A stretch of DNA of 56,875 nt. It comes from an uncultured Gemmatimonadota bacterium. Its GTDB lineage: Bacteria > Gemmatimonadota > Gemmatimonadetes > Gemmatimonadales > GWC2-71-9. The stretch covers positions 1-56,875 of the forward strand of contig CALGOK010000144.1 of assembly GCA_937961295.1 (NCBI GenBank), written 5' to 3'. Position numbers and translations under genes: made by a program. A model generated the notes under the pieces. The model made no database searches, had not been told where the DNA came from, and was given only the letters and a program-made list of their open reading frames with translations. The number at the start of each line of letters is the position of its first letter. Within the stretch, counting starts at the first letter, position 1. This document shows positions 16,751-25,411 of the stretch, piece after piece.

Positions 16751-17500
16751 ATGCCCACCCCCCGTCTCGCCCTGATCGCTGCCCTGCTCTTCCCGGTGCC
16801 TGCTGTGGCGCAGCACCGCGAGGTGACCTTTGCCGCATCCGATGGCCAGCAGGTGTTCGGCACCTGGTACTCCGCCGGCCGGCCGCCAAAGGCGATCATC
16901 ATCGCGGCGCACCAGGCGGGGGCGAGTGGTGACGCGGAGTACAACGAGATCGCGTTCAAGCTCGCGGTGCAGGGCTACGACGTGCTGGCGATCGATCAGC
17001 GTTCGGGCGGCGACCGGTTCGGCGGCGTCAATCGCACCGTGGCCGCGCGCGGCATCAGCGGCGGCTACTGCGAGGCGGAGGCCGACATCACGGGCGCGCT
17101 GCGCTTCGTGCGCGACCGCAGTGCCGGGATCCCGATCGTGCTCTGGGGAAGCAGCTACAGTGCGGCGCTGGTGATCCGCGTCGCGGCCACCGATCGCGAG
17201 CGCGTGGCGGGGGTGCTGGCGTTCTCGCCCGCGTCGGGCACGCCGATGGACGGCTGCCGAGCGGAGGAGTCGGCGCAGCAGCTCTCGGTGCCGCTGATGG
17301 TGCTCCGGCCGCAGTCAGAGATTGCGATCGAATCGGTCGCCGAGCAGGCCGAGCTCTTCCGCGCGGCGGGGCACACGGTGGTGGTGGCCGATCCCGGCGT
17401 GCACGGCTCGTCGATGCTGGTGGCGGAGCGGGTGCCCGGCGGGATGGTGGATGGGACGTGGGAGAGGGTGCTGGGGTGGTTGGGTGGAGTGGTGCCGTAG
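16751..17500 (+). CDS. Secreted alpha/beta hydrolase-fold protein
   Basis: ATG 16751 gives MPTPRLALIAALLFPVPAVAQ. LWGSSYSAAL is a GxSxG-like nucleophile elbow. The upstream 82 codons of the ORF only translate repeat elements. Confidence 0.75.
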   Translation: MPTPRLALIAALLFPVPAVAQHREVTFAASDGQQVFGTWYSAGRPPKAIIIAAHQAGASGDAEYNEIAFKLAVQGYDVLAIDQRSGGDRFGGVNRTVAARGISGGYCEAEADITGALRFVRDRSAGIPIVLWGSSYSAALVIRVAATDRERVAGVLAFSPASGTPMDGCRAEESAQQLSVPLMVLRPQSEIAIESVAEQAELFRAAGHTVVVADPGVHGSSMLVAERVPGGMVDGTWERVLGWLGGVVP

Positions 17501-17502
17501 GC

Positions 17503-17593
17503 GTCATCCCGAGCGAAGCGCCCCGTCAGGGGCGCGCAGTCGAGGGATCCCTCGACTCCGGGCCCGCTCCGCGGGCCCTCCGCTCGGGATGAC
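17503..17593. repeat. Palindromic repeat, GTCATCCCGAGCG variant
   Basis: GTCATCCCGAGCGAAGCGCCCC...GGGCCCTCCGCTCGGGATGAC. The same architecture as the main family, with T for C in the terminus. Confidence 0.8.
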
Positions 17594-17618
17594 GTCGCTC
17601 CCTTCGGGGAGCGACGTC
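17591..17618. terminator. 12-bp perfect stem with TTCG tetraloop between convergent genes
   Basis: GACGTCGCTCCC-TTCG-GGGAGCGACGTC. It overlaps the last 2 nt of the stop codon of 17617..17991. Confidence 0.55.
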
Positions 17619-17991
17619 ACCCCTTCCTCGCCCGCCTCGCCTTCCGGAGCCTCCGCCCGATCACCGTCGGCGCCAGGAACAGCGCCAGGCACACCACTGC
17701 GCGCAGCAGGTAGCCGCGTTCGGGGAAGGTGGCGGTGGCCATCTGGTAGCCGTGGTACGCCCACGCGAGGGTGACCGGTACCAGCAGTGCCATCACCGCC
17801 ACGCGGGCACCCTTGGGGACGGTCCCCTTCTCGTCGAACAGCACGGTGACCATGGCGACCATGAGGGCGGCGAGGAGGGTCGGGCCCGACTCGACGTCGC
17901 TGCTGGTCATGACGCCGAGCAGGATGAGCACCAGATAGGCGACGGCGGTGTAGGCCGCGACGAAGGCGATCAGCTTGGCGGCGGCTTTCAT
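17617..17991 (-). CDS. Integral membrane protein (about 4 TM), function unknown
   Basis: ATG 17991 gives MKAAAKLIAFVAAYTAVAYLVLILLGV.... There are four hydrophobic segments and a basic tail RRLRKARRARKG. Confidence 0.65.
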   Translation of the reverse strand: MKAAAKLIAFVAAYTAVAYLVLILLGVMTSSDVESGPTLLAALMVAMVTVLFDEKGTVPKGARVAVMALLVPVTLAWAYHGYQMATATFPERGYLLRAVVCLALFLAPTVIGRRLRKARRARKG

Positions 17992-18155
17992 GGGCGGGGT
18001 GGCCTTGGTTGGGATGGAACCAATATGGGGCCTGTCCCGGCCTCCGGGGCCTGTTCTCCCGATGAAGACCCCCAAGCAACGCAAGGAGGCGGTGGAAGGG
18101 GGCGGAGGAAGGGTGAAGCCAGCCGAGCGGATCCGCCCCCGAAGGCCTTCTGGGA

Positions 18156-19331
18156 TCAGCTTCCGGTCTTGAACGCTCCCGCCACCGCGCTGAGGAGCGA
18201 GGTTCCGTCCACCACCAGCATAGCCGAAGGCCAGCTCCAGATGTTCTTCCGACCGTCAGTGGTCTTGGCACGGTACAGGCTCGTGCCCACATACAGTCCG
18301 ATCGCCGAGCCCTCGGTCAACTGCTTGCTAAAGAGGGCGATCGGTGCAATGCCAGCGAAGAACCGCTCGGTGGGCGCTGTTGCCGAGACCCCCGCAAAGA
18401 ACCGGATCCGTCGTGTTTCGCGGACTGTTGGGAACACGGTGAACTCGATGCCGACAATCGGGTCGAAGTTTGGCGTCTCGATCTGAGAAGTGGTTTGTGA
18501 GAGCACCGTGTCTCGAGTAATCGTGATCTCGCGTCCCGATCCAGGGTCGATCTCGGTGTACTGATACTTGCCGATCTCCTTGGTCACCGTCATCGCATCG
18601 TCATTTCCTTCGCCAAGGAACGCAGCGCTCCAAACCAGTCCGCCGCTGAGCTTTGGGCGGGCTCGCGCCACCGCATTGAATGACCTACGATCAGTCCCCT
18701 CCACGAGGCGGGCCCAAACGGTTTGCTCACCTACGGCGGGACCGAGCCTCCAGGTTGCCTCGGCCACGCACTTGCCGCCGGCGACGGCGGTGCCATACGC
18801 CGTGTCCGGTGATACCGTTCCACCGGCTGAGGGTGCGAAGTACACACGTTGCTCCGCGCAAGGCTTCCGGCTCGCATCTAGGTAGACCTGCAGTGCGCGG
18901 GGCAGAATCAGCCCCGTCGAGGTGCTCTGGGAATCGTTCTTGATCTCGAGCATCCTCCCCAGCGGGTCGCGAGCCTGAATGTAGAGCGTTCGGGCATGGG
19001 TGATGCTGTTCATCTCGGCTTCCAACGCAATGCGGATAGTCTGTCCAGGCGCTATGATGCCTTCCCAGACGACCGCAGCGATACCCGTGTTGCCCGATAC
19101 GACAGGGGACACAACACCTTCATCGGTGGTCCCGATGACGATCACGTTCTGAATGACTGAGGTTGGGGTGGTTCCGGTGGTCCGGACCTGGAAGGTGACC
19201 TTCTTCGTTCCGGCTGGAACAGTCTGAGTGCAGCCTGCCGGATCCGGGACGCAGTCGAGCGATTGAGCAGTGAGTTGAGAGAAGATGCCCATCGTGAGGG
19301 CGATCGGTAGTGCGTGGCGGACGGGAGTCAT
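18156..19331 (-). CDS. Secreted protein, function unknown (lower-GC gene)
   Basis: ATG 19331 gives MTPVRHALPIALTMGIFSQLTAQS, a signal peptide. The protein is Thr/Val-rich and beta-rich, with no motif I recognise. Confidence 0.65.
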   Translation of the reverse strand: MTPVRHALPIALTMGIFSQLTAQSLDCVPDPAGCTQTVPAGTKKVTFQVRTTGTTPTSVIQNVIVIGTTDEGVVSPVVSGNTGIAAVVWEGIIAPGQTIRIALEAEMNSITHARTLYIQARDPLGRMLEIKNDSQSTSTGLILPRALQVYLDASRKPCAEQRVYFAPSAGGTVSPDTAYGTAVAGGKCVAEATWRLGPAVGEQTVWARLVEGTDRRSFNAVARARPKLSGGLVWSAAFLGEGNDDAMTVTKEIGKYQYTEIDPGSGREITITRDTVLSQTTSQIETPNFDPIVGIEFTVFPTVRETRRIRFFAGVSATAPTERFFAGIAPIALFSKQLTEGSAIGLYVGTSLYRAKTTDGRKNIWSWPSAMLVVDGTSLLSAVAGAFKTGS

Positions 19332-19785
19332 GGGGGAGCTCCTTGGCAGCCGGAGGGCGATGGCAGCATTGGGAGTTGTGCGGCTACGGTGTCGCCCGGT
19401 ACACGCCTCAGCAAGACGAACAAATCCCGGCATGAGAAAAACACTAGTGTCGAATCGGCAGGCGTCTCGGGCCTCTAGTGCGCCTCATCGTAGTGCTCGT
19501 CGGGGGTTCCGCCGGATGATCCGGGGTCTGCCATCTGGTCCGTTTACGGTGATCTGGAGAGCCTGTTCATCGCCGAACGGCCAAGAGCGCGGCATGCAGA
19601 TTCGCGCGTCGCTTCGACAGTGGCCGCACCCACGGATCGAATCACCATGTTCGGCGCACGCGCCAACATGGTGAGCCTGCCGAGCCCGAGACATTCATGC
19701 CCCACCGCCAGGCGCAGGGACTGAAGAATGCGGCGAGAGACTTGGGGGCCGGCCGCTGAGGTGTTCGACGGCCGCTCCCAGTGGT

Positions 19786-19831
19786 CGCGCCCCCTCGCTG
19801 CGCGAGGGGTGACAGTTCCTCGGGGTGACAG
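19786..19831. repeat. Partial GTCACCCCGAG-family unit (right arm, duplicated terminus)
   Basis: GCGCCCCCTCGCTGCGCGAGGGGTGACAGTTCCTCGGGGTGACAG. It ends 2 nt before the stop of the ankyrin gene. Confidence 0.75.
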
Positions 19832-19833
19832 TC

Positions 19834-21219
19834 CTACCGGCAGACGATCTCGTGAATCCTCCGCGGAGCCTCATCCTCCGGGGCCTCGCGGTACCCCTCC
19901 TCAGCCAGCTCCCTTGCCGTCATGCTCGGCATGAAGCCCTCGAGGTCGCGATTCGCGCCCCGCTCCACCAGTAGTTCCACCAGCCGCACAAGCCGGTTGC
20001 TCACCGCGAAATTGAGGAGCGGCTGTCCCCACGGAGCCGCGTTGATGTCGAGGCCGTGCCCAATCAGCAAATCGATCGCCCCGGCGCGCTGGTTCACGCC
20101 CGCGACCAGGAATGCCTCCCACATCACCTCGGCGTCGTCGGCGTCTTGGCGCTGGGGAATGTGAAGGTTCACGGCAAGGAAGTCGGGCCGGCGATAGTGA
20201 GCTGCGGCAGCGAGCGATCCGGTGGAGGTGAAGTAGCGCTGCATCGCGGTCGTATTCCCAAGTCCGGCGTGAACCCAGAACGCGTCGACGGGAGGGACCA
20301 GTGAGGCGATCAGGTCGACCGGTGCCGGATCATGGCAAACCATCAGCGCGCGTTCGAGCAGGGTGACGCCGTTGGGCGGAATCCAGGCCGGGTCGGCGCC
20401 CTTGTCGAGGAAGTAGCGCACCTGGGAAGGCGAGGTGTGCAGCCAGATCTGGTGCAGTTGCCTGGTCGCAATTTCCGGGAGCGCAGGTGTCTGCGACTCG
20501 AGCCAAGCGACGACCTGATCAATCGCAGGGCCAGGATTCCGCTGCTGCATCGTCCAGGCGTTCTGCAGCAGCGTCGAGGGGTGATAGCCGCGCCACTCGG
20601 GATTCAACAGTTCGGGGTGATGGGCGGTGATGGTCTGAAGCGCGGCGAGATCGGCTGTGCGCATCGCCTCGATCGCGTCTCCAAAGGGAGTCTGGCGCCA
20701 GGGCTCGGTTTCGGGTTCGTGCGCCGGCGCCGCGCGCATCAGTGCGTCCCAGCTCGGGAAGCGTGCCAGCCGGGCGACCGCGAGTTGGACTTCGTGTTCG
20801 GTGACGGGTGTGTCGTAGATCTCGTCGTTGCTCTTGCCGATCAGGCGCGGGACGAATGCTGCCAGCGCATGCGCGCCGCCGGGGAGCCGCCGCTGATGGA
20901 GCGCCAGGTGGTGCTGCACCCGCTGCTGGTAGTAGTCCGCCGACCACGAGTTGGCGGACGAACCGGTTGCCTCATGGCGGTGCCAGATCTCGAAGTAGCG
21001 CACAAGTTGCGGCCAGGAGGTGAAGCCGTACTCGCGAGCGATGACCAGCTGGGCGTCGGCCAGCTTCCAGTCCGCGCGACGGCGTCGTGCGGTGGGGAGG
21101 AGTGCGGTGCGTTGGAGTGCCGCGGCATCGCCGGCCTGGAGGGCGCGGAGGAGGCGCTTGGCCTGCTTGCGTTCGAACTCGAGTGACGGGCGCGGCGGGA
21201 GCGGGCGGGGGGAGGACAT
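19834..21219 (-). CDS. Ankyrin-repeat protein
   Basis: ATG 21219 gives MSSPRPLPPRPSLEFERKQAKRLLRAL.... The C-terminal LLIGHGLDINAAPWGQPLLNFAVSNRLVRLVELLVERGANRDL is ankyrin-like. Confidence 0.7.
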   Translation of the reverse strand: MSSPRPLPPRPSLEFERKQAKRLLRALQAGDAAALQRTALLPTARRRRADWKLADAQLVIAREYGFTSWPQLVRYFEIWHRHEATGSSANSWSADYYQQRVQHHLALHQRRLPGGAHALAAFVPRLIGKSNDEIYDTPVTEHEVQLAVARLARFPSWDALMRAAPAHEPETEPWRQTPFGDAIEAMRTADLAALQTITAHHPELLNPEWRGYHPSTLLQNAWTMQQRNPGPAIDQVVAWLESQTPALPEIATRQLHQIWLHTSPSQVRYFLDKGADPAWIPPNGVTLLERALMVCHDPAPVDLIASLVPPVDAFWVHAGLGNTTAMQRYFTSTGSLAAAAHYRRPDFLAVNLHIPQRQDADDAEVMWEAFLVAGVNQRAGAIDLLIGHGLDINAAPWGQPLLNFAVSNRLVRLVELLVERGANRDLEGFMPSMTARELAEEGYREAPEDEAPRRIHEIVCR

Positions 21220-21402
21220 GGAGACTCCTTTCGTCGGCCCCGTCCGCGTGGTGGGCCCAAAGGAGTTCCGGAGCTGTGGCTGCGCGAGTGCAACGCTCGG
21301 ATGGGACGATCCCTTCCCGCGGACCGGAGGCGCTCCGAGGGCGCCTGTATCGAGGATGCGGGGGGCGACGTCGGGCGTCAATGAGGCACTGTCCCCCGGG
21401 AC

Positions 21403-21600
21403 CTGTCACTCCGACCCCGAGCCTTGCCCCGAGCGAAGGGAGGGGACAAGCGTGGGGGGCGGAGCCTGCCTTAGGCAACCTTCACTCCAAGGGGTCCTGT
21501 CACCCCGAGGGAGCCCGAAGGGCGACCGAGGGGGCGGAGGCCGGCAGTCGCATTCGCCGGGCTCCGCCCCCTCGGTCGCTGCGCTCCCTCGGGGTGACAG
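21403..21600. repeat. Composite of two GTCACCCCGAG-family units
   Basis: CCTGTCACTCCGACCCCGAGCC... then CCTGTCACCCCGAGGGAGCCCGAAGGGCGACCGAGGGGGCGGAGGCC...CTCCGCCCCCTCGGTCGCTGCGCTCCCTCGGGGTGACAG. Confidence 0.85.
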
Positions 21601-21628
21601 GGCCCCGGCCTCTTGGTGACAATTCCCC

Positions 21629-22981
21629 ATGCCCACCACCCACCGCCAGATCCTCACCCTCGCCTGGCCCATCGTCCTCGCCAATGCTGGCGTGCCGCTG
21701 CTGGGCCTGGTCGACACCGCCGTCATCGGCCACGTGGGCACCACGGCCGACCTCGGCGCCATCGGGCTCGGCGCGCTGATCTTCTCGTTCGTCTTCTGGG
21801 GGTTCGGGTTCCTGCGGATGGGGACCACCGGCTTCGTGGCGCAGGCGTGGGGCCGGGGCGACAGCGCCGAGGTGCGCGCGACGGTGGTGCGGGCGCTGGG
21901 GCTGGCGGTGGTGGTGGGGACGGTGCTGATCGCGGTGCAGCAGCCGATCGCGTGGCTGGCGCTCGAGCTGATCGGCGCCAGCGACCAGGTGGAGCGGCTC
22001 ACCCGCGGGTACTACGACCTGCGGATCTGGGCGGCGCCGGCGTCGCTGGGGATGTTCGCGGTGACCGGCGCGCTGGTGGGGCTGGGGCGCACCCGCGCGG
22101 TGCTGCTGGTGCAGGTGGTGCTCAACGGCCTCAACGCCGCGCTCGATGTGCTCCTTGCCGGGGTGCTGGGGATGGGCGTCGGCGGGATCGCGCTGGGGAC
22201 CGCGCTGGCGGAGTGGACCGCGGTGGCGGTGGGGATGTGGGTGCTGTGGCGGATCGTCCGCGCCGAACGGAAGGACAGCGAGCCGTGGTGGCCGCGCGAG
22301 CGGCTCCGCGACTGGGCCAAGGCGCGCGAGCTGCTGGCGGCCAACGCCGACATCATGGTGCGGACGCTGTTCCTGCTGCTGGGATTCGGGTGGTTCGTCA
22401 ACCAGGGGGCGCAGTTCGGCGACCGGATCCTGGCGGCCAACTACGTGCTGCTGCAGCTGATCGCGCTGAGCGCGTACTTGCTGGATGGGTATGCGCATTC
22501 GACGGAGATACTCGTGGGGCGGGCGATTGGTAGAGCGCGCGCAATGTCACCCCGAGGGAGCGCAGCGACCGAGGGGGCGGAGCCCAGCGAGTTCGACGCA
22601 GCCGTGAAGGTCTCCACCCACCTCGCCGCCATCAGCGCGGTTGTCCTCTCGCTGCTGGTGCTGGCCTTCGGCCCGTGGATGATCCGTGCGCTCACCGATC
22701 TCGCCCCGGTGCGCGAGGTGGCGGTGGACTACCTGCCATGGACAGCGCTCTACATCGCGGTATCGTTTGCGGCGTTCCAGCTCGACGGCATCTTCATCGG
22801 CGCCACGGCCACGCGAGCGATGCGGAACGCGTCGGTGCTTTCGTGCCTGGGGTTCATCGCGCTGTCGCTGCCGCTGATCGGCGCGTGGGAGAACACCGGG
22901 CTGTGGGTGGCGTTCGTGGGGTTCGTGGTGCTCAGGGCGGGGGCGTTGGGGGTGCTCTATGGCAGAGTCGGGACAGGATAG
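21629..22981 (+). CDS. MATE-family efflux transporter (DinF/NorM-like)
   Basis: The N-terminus TTHRQILTLAWPIVLANAGVPLLGLVDTAVIGHVG is MATE-typical. There are about 12 hydrophobic segments in 450 aa. The gene contains an in-frame repeat-derived segment. Confidence 0.88.
   Translation: MPTTHRQILTLAWPIVLANAGVPLLGLVDTAVIGHVGTTADLGAIGLGALIFSFVFWGFGFLRMGTTGFVAQAWGRGDSAEVRATVVRALGLAVVVGTVLIAVQQPIAWLALELIGASDQVERLTRGYYDLRIWAAPASLGMFAVTGALVGLGRTRAVLLVQVVLNGLNAALDVLLAGVLGMGVGGIALGTALAEWTAVAVGMWVLWRIVRAERKDSEPWWPRERLRDWAKARELLAANADIMVRTLFLLLGFGWFVNQGAQFGDRILAANYVLLQLIALSAYLLDGYAHSTEILVGRAIGRARAMSPRGSAATEGAEPSEFDAAVKVSTHLAAISAVVLSLLVLAFGPWMIRALTDLAPVREVAVDYLPWTALYIAVSFAAFQLDGIFIGATATRAMRNASVLSCLGFIALSLPLIGAWENTGLWVAFVGFVVLRAGALGVLYGRVGTG
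22545..22591. repeat. Half GTCACCCCGAG-family unit embedded in frame in the MATE gene
   Basis: TGTCACCCCGAGGGAGCGCAGCGACCGAGGGGGCGGAGC matches 15936-15974 with 1 mismatch. It is translated as ...MSPRGSAATEGAEPSEF.... Confidence 0.8.
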
Positions 22982-23159
22982 AAAGCGCAGTGCTGAAACT
23001 GGGGCTACACGGGGCGGTCTCGTGGAGGCCCCGCGAGCGGACCGGAGCGAAACGGCGGGAAAGCATCGGGTCCGCTGGCCCTGACGTTCAAGGCGCTCGG
23101 TGGTGCCAGTCGACGCAAAGTGTAGGCACCACCGGGGCCCGGCCGCCGGGGAGTACTCG

Positions 23160-23423
23160 CTACCGAGGATTCTCGGTTGGACGGGCGGCGATGGGTAGCT
23201 GATCCTTCATGCTTACGATGACCTCGTCACCGACGGTTGGATACCGATCCGTCCGACCTCCGACGAAGGAGCTGATGTGGAGTGTCAGGCGGCTCGAGGT
23301 CTGCTCGGCGCGGAGCTCTATAAACCCACTGCTGTGCGAGACCTTGGATACGTGTGCACTGATCCGCTGGATGGCGTCGCTCACTTTGTCCCCCGAGGGT
23401 TGGTGGTTCGGTGGGTTGTTCAC
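23160..23423 (-). CDS. Small hypothetical protein (87 aa) coupled to the HD-domain gene
   Basis: GTG at 23421-23423 overlaps the TGA stop of the upstream gene at 23420-23422 (GTGA). The longer ORF start at 23483 would overlap by 64 nt. No motif recognised. Confidence 0.45.
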   Translation of the reverse strand: MNNPPNHQPSGDKVSDAIQRISAHVSKVSHSSGFIELRAEQTSSRLTLHISSFVGGRTDRYPTVGDEVIVSMKDQLPIAARPTENPR

Positions 23424-24925
23424 CGGTCTGTGAAGAAGTGCAAGTAGGTTGAAGAAGCAGGAAGGCGACCGCTCTCGCACCAATGTGGGATCTGGTATGT
23501 ATCCGGGTCGGAGGCTGGCGCGGGTGGGTAGTCGGCACCGCCAATCTTGTCCCGCTCAAGGACGAACGGAAGCCCTGTGCCCTTGAGCAGCGTGCTCTCG
23601 GTGGACCAATGGCGGACCTTCGGGTCGGGGACTCCTGCCTGACGCAGCCGCTCGACGAATTGCTGTGTTCTCGAATCAGTCAAGGTCTCGCGCTCTGCGT
23701 GGTCGACCTCCGTAATGTCGAGCCGGCCGAGGTAGCGAGGCAGCTCTCTCCCAACCAAGGTCTGATGATAAGCTCGGCGACTGGAGTGTTTGTCCCGCAG
23801 GCTGGCGTCGATTACGCTGGACATCACGTACTCATCCGTAAACGAGATGAAGTCCTCCAGTGCGAGGGGTCGGCCGATGCCGAGCCCGGGCTTCTCAACA
23901 GCCGCTTTCAGTGCGTCTGCCAAGAGCGCATTCAGGACCACGTTCGTCTTGTGGTTGAGCACTTGATTGAATAGCTGGTATCGACTCCAGAGAAAGTCAT
24001 CGACTGCTTGACACGCCCGCTTCCGCAATCCAACGCTGAGAACCGGGCCACCAGCTTCTCCTACGCAGAGCTCAAGGGCGTTGATAATTACCCCAACATC
24101 ACAGAGACCATACAGTGTGCCGGTGAACCGGGAGTCGCGATTGAGGTAGTCTAGTCGATCAACGTCTACGGTGCCGCTAATAAGCGTAGAGAGTGCGCGC
24201 TGCAGCTGCTTCGGCTGCTCGCGCTCAGGAACTGCCTCAATGCCGGGTATGTAATTCGACACCTGAACTGCACAGCGCTTGAACACTTCGGACGGAGTCA
24301 ATGACCGTGCGATCATCGACCGTATGTCGTCCGCGAAGTCGATCGGATCCACCGCTAAGAGCGCTGCGCTCGTGTCTGTGACCTTCTCAGCATAGTGGCC
24401 GTCGAAGAGAACCCCAATTAGGAGAAGGCCGAACTCCTCGTGCGATGGATATGGGGCGAGCTCCAGCTCCCCGGCCTCGATCCTACCCGACAACCACCTG
24501 CTGAGACCGTTGTCGCTTCCCCATTCGCTCGCGAGTTCGGGAACCGAAGGAAAAAACGGCTTGCCGTCAATCCTAACGTGCTCGATGGAGTGTGAGAACG
24601 CGGAGTGGCCACAATCGTGCAACAATGCCGCTGTCTCGAATACTTGCCGGATGTACTGAAACTCTTTGCTCGCGAGGGCAGCGGGGTCGCTACGTGAGAC
24701 GTTCTCGAAAAGGCTATTGAATGCCCTTCCGGCAAGGTGGAATGTGCCCAGGGAATGGCTGAACCGAGTATGGACCGCCCCAGGAAACACGAAGTGCAAT
24801 AGGCCGTTCTGCTTGATGTATCTCAGTCGCTGAAAGATTGGGGTGTCCACGATGGCGGCTTGTATGGGCCCGAGCGGAATGTCCTCGTGAATTGGGTCGC
24901 GGACGATTCGAGGGCGGACGTTCAA
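23420..24925 (-). CDS. HD-domain phosphohydrolase, SAMHD1/dNTP triphosphohydrolase-like
   Basis: IVRDPIHEDIPLGPIQAAIVDTPIFQRLRYIKQNGLLHFVFPGAVHTRFSHSLGT and ...LLHDCGHSAFSH carry the H..HD..D signature of SAMHD1-like HD proteins. The start is TTG at 24925 with GGAG 6 nt upstream. Confidence 0.8.
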   Translation of the reverse strand: MNVRPRIVRDPIHEDIPLGPIQAAIVDTPIFQRLRYIKQNGLLHFVFPGAVHTRFSHSLGTFHLAGRAFNSLFENVSRSDPAALASKEFQYIRQVFETAALLHDCGHSAFSHSIEHVRIDGKPFFPSVPELASEWGSDNGLSRWLSGRIEAGELELAPYPSHEEFGLLLIGVLFDGHYAEKVTDTSAALLAVDPIDFADDIRSMIARSLTPSEVFKRCAVQVSNYIPGIEAVPEREQPKQLQRALSTLISGTVDVDRLDYLNRDSRFTGTLYGLCDVGVIINALELCVGEAGGPVLSVGLRKRACQAVDDFLWSRYQLFNQVLNHKTNVVLNALLADALKAAVEKPGLGIGRPLALEDFISFTDEYVMSSVIDASLRDKHSSRRAYHQTLVGRELPRYLGRLDITEVDHAERETLTDSRTQQFVERLRQAGVPDPKVRHWSTESTLLKGTGLPFVLERDKIGGADYPPAPASDPDTYQIPHWCESGRLPASSTYLHFFTDR

Positions 24926-25411
24926 TTGGGGCTCCGGGGTTCAACACGCCTGAGGATGCTGGAGACCGCTCGGAGGCATTGGATATCGCCCATGTCCACG
25001 AAGCACGCCCGACTCTAGGCCCGTCGCGTGGTTCGGGCCATGCGGCAGGTGGGCAGCTCGAAGGTAGGCCATTGGGCTGTCTGAGCGCAATTCCGCGGCC
25101 GTTGGGTTCAGAGTGATCTCGGGCCCGGTTCGGGCAGGAGCCGTTAGGCCGGGTAGTGGCTGTCCCGCGGGCAGGAGGCCAAACATGGGGACCCGACAAT
25201 GCCGATGTCCGGGTCCCCTCCGGCTTGCAGGTTCGTGCCCCTGCTCCCGCATCCCGCCGCCGATCGCGGCAAGTCGCCAGAACGCGTTGCGTGCGGGTGC
25301 TGTGAGGGACGAACGATCGGGACCCGCCAAGCGTTTTCTCGTATCTGTGGACCTCGGCTTCCTGACTACATTGCTAACGAATACGGCTGTTGTCACACTC
25401 GGGAGCTGGCA

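Noticed and set aside
19485-19694. 69-aa Cys/His-rich ORF (HHVGACAEHGDSIRGCGHCRS), considered as a deaminase-like or metal-binding fragment
   Set aside because: The spacing between the CAE and CxxC elements is far too short for a cytidine deaminase fold. There is no start context, and the ORF lies in a region of uncertain coding status.
23000-23160. tRNA or tmRNA gene as an integration site at the island 2 border
   Set aside because: No cloverleaf, no T-loop GTTCRANYC motif and no CCA-proximal acceptor pairing could be found. No integrase is nearby.
24941-25396. 151-aa minus-strand ORF in the HD/methyltransferase divergent region
   Set aside because: The composition is Pro/Arg/Gly/Ala-rich with no motif and no start context. 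It is more likely non-coding regulatory DNA.
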